A DNA stretch of 64,000 bases from Alphaproteobacteria bacterium (GTDB taxonomy: Bacteria > Pseudomonadota > Alphaproteobacteria > MPNO01). The stretch is from contig OZ219866.1 of NCBI GenBank assembly GCA_964291675.2, positions 2,880,001 to 2,944,000 of the forward strand, read 5' to 3'. A program made the translations under genes and the position numbers. The notes under the pieces are model-generated. The model was not told the DNA's origin and ran no database searches. It was given only the letters and a program-made list of their open reading frames with translations. Shown here piece after piece: positions 58,724 to 64,000 of the stretch. The first letter of the stretch is position 1. The number at the start of each line of letters is the position of its first letter.

Positions 58724-59359
58724 ATGGCCGTAATCTTCGAAAACGTGCTGCCGCCCAAGACCGGGCTCGCGCTCGAAATCGAAACCGGGCAGCGGCTCCG
58801 CGTGATCGACCTCGAAGGGCAGCAGGTGGTCGACATGGCGTTGTTCAACCGCGACAACCCGCGCGAGAAGCTGTCGACCTCGTATTCGCGCACCCGCTAC
58901 ATCCCGGCGCCCGGGGCGCAATACGTGCCGCGCGACTCGTTGAGCGTCGGCGACACGCTGATGTCGACCTCGTGCCGGCCGATGATGACGATCACCGCCG
59001 ACACGCCCACGCCCAAGGGCGTCCATGACGTGCATAACCGGATGTGCAACCGCTACCTCTACGAGAGCCACGGCGTCGGGCCGAGGGACGGCTGCCACGA
59101 GATCATCGCCGGCGTGATGCAGCCCTACGGCATCGGCTACGACGACATCCCGGACACGATGGATCTGTTCATGAACTACCACCACGACTGCAGCCAGAAG
59201 CGGTGGATCATCGATTTTCCGGTTTCGCAGCCGGGCGACTACATCGAGTTCGAGGCGAGGATGGCGCTGCTCGTCGGCCTCTCGAACTGCCCCATGGACG
59301 TGCTCGCGCCGTGCAACGCCTATAACTGCACAAGGGTGAAGGTCGAGATCCGCGACTGA
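58724..59359 (+). CDS. Urea carboxylase-associated family protein (DUF1989)
   Basis: LRVIDLEGQQVVD, HD…C, GC, DLFMN, SQPGDYIEFEA and SNCP. Confidence 0.88.
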   Translation: MAVIFENVLPPKTGLALEIETGQRLRVIDLEGQQVVDMALFNRDNPREKLSTSYSRTRYIPAPGAQYVPRDSLSVGDTLMSTSCRPMMTITADTPTPKGVHDVHNRMCNRYLYESHGVGPRDGCHEIIAGVMQPYGIGYDDIPDTMDLFMNYHHDCSQKRWIIDFPVSQPGDYIEFEARMALLVGLSNCPMDVLAPCNAYNCTRVKVEIRD

Positions 59360-59370
59360 GCGTCAAGGCC

Positions 59371-59638
59371 AGCCCGGATTTCCCGCCCCTGTCACGGCCT
59401 GCGTCGCGCCCGGGCGTTCGTCCCGCCAGGAGCGGGCCGAAGAGCGTATCGGGCAATACGGTCGAGGCCCGCGACGCAGCGGGCGGGCGCCCGGGCGCGA
59501 CCCTTCGGGCGGCGCTGTCCGGCCGACAGGGTGCGCAGACGCGCTTGCCCGATGTCCCCGCATCGCGCCGCGCGCCTCTCCTGCCCTGTCGGCCGGACAG
59601 CGCCGCGCAGGCCATGACAGGGGCGGGAAATCCGGGCT
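59371..59638. mobile_element. MITE-like element with 33-bp terminal inverted repeats
   Basis: AGCCCGGATTTCCCGCCCCTGTCACGGCCTGCG (59371-59403) versus 59606-59638, one mismatch; internal 23-bp inverted repeat; no ORF; partial copy at 1433. Confidence 0.75.
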
Positions 59639-60800
59639 AGTCGTCGTCGGTCCGGCGATAGGGGCCGGCCTCCGTCAGCTCGTGCATCTCGTGGCGGAGC
59701 AACACGCTCTCGCGGCTGACGAAATTCGCCACCGCCTCGCGGAATCTTGGCTCGCGGATCCAGTGGACGCTGTAGGTGGGGCTCGGCAGGTAGCCGCGCT
59801 GGATCTTGTGCGGTCCCTGTGCGCCGGCCTCGACGCGGGCGAGCCCGTGCTCGATGGCGTAGTCGATGGCGCGGTAGAAGCAGGCCTCGAAATACAGCAT
59901 CCGGTAGCGCCGCTCGGCGCCCCAGTTGCGGCCGTACAGTGTGTCGCTGCCGCGCAGGTTGAGGGCCCCGCCCACCATGCGCCCGCCGCGGAAGGCGGCG
60001 ACCAGCACGACCCGGTCGGCGAGCTCGCTGCCGAGCAGCCGGAAGAAGGCGCGGGTGAGATATGCGTTCGACCACTTCTTGTCGACCGTGCTCAGGTAGA
60101 AGCCGTAGAACGCCTCCATGTGGTGCTCTTCCAGGGCGTCCCCGGTCAGCGTCCTGATCTCCAGCCCGTCATTCGCCTCGCGCCGCTCCTTGCGGATCGA
60201 CTTGCGCTTGCGCGAGGCGAGCCCGGCGAGGAAGTCATCGAAGCTCCCGTAGCCCCGGTTGTGCCAGTGGAATTGCTGGCCCATGCGCTGCAACAGCCCC
60301 GCCTCGCCCAGCGCGCGCCACTCGTCTTCGGTGCAGAAGGTGACATGGAAGGAGGACACCCCGTGCGTCTTGGCGAGCTCCATCAGCCCCGCCGCCAGCA
60401 TCAGCCGGGTCTGTTCCGTCTCCGCGCCCGGCCGCACCATCAGGCGCGGCCCCGATACCGGCGTGAACGGCACCGAGATCTGGAGCTTCGGGTAGTACTG
60501 GCCGCCGGCGCGCTCGAACGCGTCCGCCCAACCCCAGTCGAACACGTACTCGCCGTAGGAATGGCTCTTCAGGTAGCACGGCACCGCGCCGATCAGCGTG
60601 CCGTCCTCGTCCTCGATCGCGAGGTGCTGGGGCAGCCATCCGGTACGGCCGGAGACCGAGCCGCTCTGCTCCAGGATGCGCAGGAAGCCGTGCGAGACGA
60701 ACGGGTTGCCGGGGCCGGCGCAGGCATTCCACGCATCCGGCGCGACCTCCCTTATATCATTGAGAACCTTGATCTTTACCGGCTCGCCGCCGTCGGGCAT
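59637..60800 (-). CDS. GNAT/FemAB-like peptidoglycan-recognition family protein
   Basis: HSYGEYVFDWGWA, YYPKL…PFTP, LYGRNWG and EAGAQGPHK. Confidence 0.9.
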   Translation of the reverse strand: MPDGGEPVKIKVLNDIREVAPDAWNACAGPGNPFVSHGFLRILEQSGSVSGRTGWLPQHLAIEDEDGTLIGAVPCYLKSHSYGEYVFDWGWADAFERAGGQYYPKLQISVPFTPVSGPRLMVRPGAETEQTRLMLAAGLMELAKTHGVSSFHVTFCTEDEWRALGEAGLLQRMGQQFHWHNRGYGSFDDFLAGLASRKRKSIRKERREANDGLEIRTLTGDALEEHHMEAFYGFYLSTVDKKWSNAYLTRAFFRLLGSELADRVVLVAAFRGGRMVGGALNLRGSDTLYGRNWGAERRYRMLYFEACFYRAIDYAIEHGLARVEAGAQGPHKIQRGYLPSPTYSVHWIREPRFREAVANFVSRESVLLRHEMHELTEAGPYRRTDDD

Positions 60801-60976
60801 CGTGGCCTCTGGAACCCATCCGACCGGCGTCCATTGTGTGGCGCGCGGGCGCCGCGCACAAGCGGCCAGGCGGGGTCGGGCCGGTATCGGGATGCTGGAC
60901 GATCGGCGGGACAAGTGCCATATTGCCGGCCCTTCGATCGCCGCCCCGGCGCGGGAGCCGGCGGCGCGGAAACGCG

Positions 60977-61336
60977 ATGACCATAGCCACGCGCATATTC
61001 ACCTGGTGGAAGGGCGAGCCGGTCGGAAGCGACGACACGGGCAATCGCTACTACCGCGAGAAGTCGGCGCCCGAGGGACGGCGGGAGCGCCGCTGGGTGA
61101 TTTACGAGGGCGAGGCCGAAGCCTCGCGCGTGCCGCCGGAATGGCACGCCTGGCTGCACCACACGGTGGACGAGGCGCCGCCGGAGGCGGGATCGCCGAA
61201 GCGGCCGTGGCAGAAGCCGCATCGCCCCAACGCCACCGGCACGCCGGACGCGTACCGCCCGCCCGGACATGCCCTGAGCGGCGCGGAACGCGCCCGCGCC
61301 CGCAGCGAGTACGAATCCTGGAAGCCGCCCGCGTGA
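60977..61336 (+). CDS. NADH:ubiquinone oxidoreductase subunit NDUFA12 family
   Basis: GNRYY, RRWVIY, VPPEWHAWLH, WQKPH.PN.TGT and YESWKP. Confidence 0.92.
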   Translation: MTIATRIFTWWKGEPVGSDDTGNRYYREKSAPEGRRERRWVIYEGEAEASRVPPEWHAWLHHTVDEAPPEAGSPKRPWQKPHRPNATGTPDAYRPPGHALSGAERARARSEYESWKPPA

Positions 61337-61354
61337 CCGCCGGGGTGCCGCCCG

Positions 61355-61821
61355 GTGCGTAGGAGTCCGGTCGAGACGCTGATCGGCGCCCTGGTCATCG
61401 GCGTGGCGGTGCTGTTCTTCGTCTTCGCCTACAACACCGCGCAGGTCGAGACGGTCGAGGGCTACGCCATCTCCGCGTCCTTCGACCGGATAGACGGCAT
61501 CCATCCCGGCAGCGACGTGCGGATGAGCGGGATCAAGATCGGCACCGTGATCGACCAGCGCATCGATCCGAAATCGTTTCTTGCGGTGGTCAGGATGAGC
61601 ATCGATTCGAAGATCCGGTTGCCGGCCGACAGCTCGCTCGCGATCACCGCCGACGGCTTGCTCGGCGACAGGTACCTGGCGCTGACGCCCGGGGGGCGGA
61701 GGAGACCATTCCCGACGGCGGCGAGATCGAGATCACCCAGGGCGCGATAGACCTGACATCGCTGCTCGGCCAGTTGATTTTCAGCCAGACCGGCAATGAG
61801 GGCGGCGGCGCCACCAAGTGA
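61355..61821 (+). pseudogene. mlaD: MlaD (MCE) lipid-asymmetry protein with a 1-nt frameshift in a G6 run (may be a sequencing error)
   Basis: GSDVRMSGIKIG and DGLLGDRYLALTPGG; the C-terminus EETIPDGGEIEITQGAIDLTSLLGQLIF continues in the -1 frame to TGA 61819-61821. Confidence 0.8.
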
Positions 61822-62611
61822 CCGGGCGGCGCGCGCGGCGGGCACGGCGCCGGAGCAGCGCTGGGATCCCGCGCGCTATGCGGAGCACGGCCGTTTCGTC
61901 TCCGACCTCGCCGGGCCGCTGGTCGAATTGCTGGCGCCCCGGCCGGAAGAGGACATCCTCGACCTCGGCTGCGGCGACGGCGTGCTCACCGCCGCCATCG
62001 CGGCGCGCTGCCGGAGCATCGTCGGCGTCGATGCCAGCCCGGCGCAGGTCGCGGCGGCGCGGGCGCGGGGCGTCGACGCGCGGGTCTGCGACGGTCACGC
62101 GCTGCCCTTCGAATCGGAGTTCGATGCGATCGTCACCAACGCGGCGCTGCACTGGATGACCCGGCCCGACGAGCCGATCGACGGGATGTGGCGGGCGCTT
62201 CGCCAGGGCGGACGCATCGCCGGCGAGATGGGCGGCGCGGGGAACGTGGCGCAAATCTCCCGCGCGCTTGCGAACGCGCTGGAACGCCGCGGGATCGACC
62301 CGGAATCCCGCTTCCCCTGGTACTTCCCGACCCCGGAAGCCTACCGGCGCCGACTGGCCGCGCGGGGATTTGAGGTCCGGACGATGGCGCTGGTGGAGCG
62401 GCCGACGAATCTGCCGGGCGACATCGTGGGCTGGCTGGAGACCTTCGCCGCGCCGTTCCTCGACGCCGTGGCGGAAGACGCGCGGCCGGCGCTCTTGTCG
62501 GAGGTGAGGGACGCGCTGGAGCCGGCTCTCTATCGCCAAGGCACGGGCTGGGTGGCGGATTACGTCCGGCTCCGCTTCCTTGCGGTCAAGCCCGCGGCGG
62601 ACGGATGCTGA
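61796..62611 (+). CDS. Class I SAM-dependent methyltransferase
   Basis: ILDLGCGDG, NAALHW and ADYVRLRF. Confidence 0.9.
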   Translation: MRAAAPPSDRAARAAGTAPEQRWDPARYAEHGRFVSDLAGPLVELLAPRPEEDILDLGCGDGVLTAAIAARCRSIVGVDASPAQVAAARARGVDARVCDGHALPFESEFDAIVTNAALHWMTRPDEPIDGMWRALRQGGRIAGEMGGAGNVAQISRALANALERRGIDPESRFPWYFPTPEAYRRRLAARGFEVRTMALVERPTNLPGDIVGWLETFAAPFLDAVAEDARPALLSEVRDALEPALYRQGTGWVADYVRLRFLAVKPAADGC

Positions 62612-63000
62612 GGCTGGCCGCCGTCGTCGCGCTGATCGGGGCGCTGATCGGGGCGGCGCCGGCGGCGGCGCAGGAGGGCCGGGTCGCGGTGCTCCAGGGT
62701 CTCGACAAGGTGACCGCCAGAATCTCGACCTTCGACGCCCCGGTCGACCGGCCGGTGAGGTTCGGCACGCTCCGCATCGTCTCGCGCCATTGCCGTAAAC
62801 GGCCGCCCGAAGAGCCGCCCGAGACGACGGCGTTCCTGGAGATCGTCGAGCTGCGGCGGGACGGCCCGGCGATGCCGTTGTTCAGCGGCTGGATGTTCGC
62901 CTCGAGCCCGGCGCTGTCCAGCCTGGAGCACCCGGTCTACGACGTCTGGGTGGTGGATTGCAGGACCGCCTCGACAGCCGAGGGCGCGACTTCGCGCTGA
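62605..63000 (+). CDS. DUF2155 exported protein
   Basis: [10 protein letters not shown] and [27 protein letters not shown]. Confidence 0.88.
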   Translation: MLRLAAVVALIGALIGAAPAAAQEGRVAVLQGLDKVTARISTFDAPVDRPVRFGTLRIVSRHCRKRPPEEPPETTAFLEIVELRRDGPAMPLFSGWMFASSPALSSLEHPVYDVWVVDCRTASTAEGATSR

Positions 63001-63587
63001 AAGGACGCCGATCTGTCGAGCGCGTCGGCGAGCAGTTGCCGGTAACCCGAACGGTGGATCTCGACGGCGCCGAAGCGGGCGAGATGCGGCGTGACGAACT
63101 GGACGTCGAGCAGGGTGAACCCGCCCGCCGCGAGGCGCGCCACCAGATGCACCAGCGCCACCTTGGAGGCATCGGATTCGCGCGTGAACATGCTCTCGCC
63201 GAAGAACGCGGCGCCGAGCGCGACGCCGTAGAGCCCGCCGACCAGACGCCCGTCGCGCCAGGCTTCGACGCTATGCGCCCGCCCCATCGCGTGCAGCTCG
63301 CAATAGAGGTCGACGATCTCGCGGTTGATCCAGGTCTCCCTGCGCCCGCTGCCCGGCTCGGCGCAGGCCGAGATGACCTCGCGGAAGGCGGCGTCGCAGC
63401 GGATCTCGAAGACGCCGCTGCGCACCCGCCGGGCCAGCCGCCGGGGCGTGTGGAACCGGTTGAGCGGCAGGATTCCGCGCTTCTCCGGGTCGATCCAGTA
63501 GAGCGTCGGATCGTCGCGCCGCTCGGCCATCGGGAACAGCCCCACGGCATAGGCGCGCAGCAGCGTCTCCGGGCTCAGCGCGGCCAT
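62937..63587 (-). CDS. aat: Leucyl/phenylalanyl-tRNA--protein transferase
   Basis: [26 protein letters not shown] and FFGESMF. Confidence 0.95.
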   Translation of the reverse strand: MAALSPETLLRAYAVGLFPMAERRDDPTLYWIDPEKRGILPLNRFHTPRRLARRVRSGVFEIRCDAAFREVISACAEPGSGRRETWINREIVDLYCELHAMGRAHSVEAWRDGRLVGGLYGVALGAAFFGESMFTRESDASKVALVHLVARLAAGGFTLLDVQFVTPHLARFGAVEIHRSGYRQLLADALDRSASFQREVAPSAVEAVLQSTTQTS

Positions 63588-63591
63588 GGCC

Positions 63592-64000
63592 TCATTCCGG
63601 CTCCGCGACGAAGGCCTCGAGCCACTTGATGTCGTAATCGCCGTTGATGAAGTCGGCCTCGGACACGATCCGTTCGTGCAGCGCGAGCGTGGTGTCGATG
63701 CCGCCGATCACGCACTCCTGCAGCGCCCGGCGCAGCCGCATCAGGCATTCGTTGCGCGTCGAGCCGTGGACGATCAGCTTGGCGATCAGGCTGTCGTAGT
63801 TCGGTGGGACCGAATAGCCGGCGTAAATCCCGGAATCGACGCGCACGCCGAGCCCTCCCGGCGGGTGGTAATCGGTGATGCGGCCCGGCGAGGGCGCGAA
63901 GGTCTCCGACGATTCGGCGTTGATCCGGCATTCGATCGCATGGCCGGAGAACACGATATCCTCCTGACCGAAACCGAGCGGCAAGCCGGCGGCGATGCGG
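63592..64000 (-). CDS. accC: Acetyl-CoA carboxylase biotin carboxylase subunit (3' part)
   Basis: [21 protein letters not shown] and [10 protein letters not shown]. Confidence 0.95.
   Translation of the reverse strand, partial: RIAAGLPLGFGQEDIVFSGHAIECRINAESSETFAPSPGRITDYHPPGGLGVRVDSGIYAGYSVPPNYDSLIAKLIVHGSTRNECLMRLRRALQECVIGGIDTTLALHERIVSEADFINGDYDIKWLEAFVAEPE

Noticed and set aside
62937-63000. Convergent 3' overlaps (DUF2155/aat; also hpnG/dctM at 41108-41157)
   Set aside because: Short tail overlaps are common in GC-rich genomes and nothing indicates a function.

Overview
GC-rich bacterial chromosomal window, most likely an alphaproteobacterium (rplM-rpsI-argC and NDUFA12-mlaD-DUF2155-aat-accC gene orders, CGTC-type palindromic repeats, hopanoid genes). 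It holds about 65 genes. Housekeeping genes are mixed with many catabolic modules: two TRAP transporters, two Rieske oxygenase loci, acyl-CoA enzymes, a UbiD, a CoxL-like molybdoenzyme and a NicX-like enzyme. The best hidden signal is at 56764-58398. Two in-frame ORFs are separated by a single TGA that sits in a U-S-T-C motif and is followed by a SECIS-like hairpin, which points to one 544-aa UGSC-type selenoprotein, divergent from a NicX-like/acyl-CoA dehydrogenase/CoA-ligase operon. Other points of interest: an uncharacterised 7-gene Rieske-cupin-ThDP-NadX operon, a diiron ferritin-like orphan, a RES toxin-antitoxin pair, a toxin gene reduced to 16 codons, a CTAG-ended MITE whose ends supply stop codons, a candidate sRNA and a homopolymer frameshift in mlaD. 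No rRNA, tRNA, CRISPR array or intact transposase was recognised. Start codons and family calls were made by eye, without database searches.
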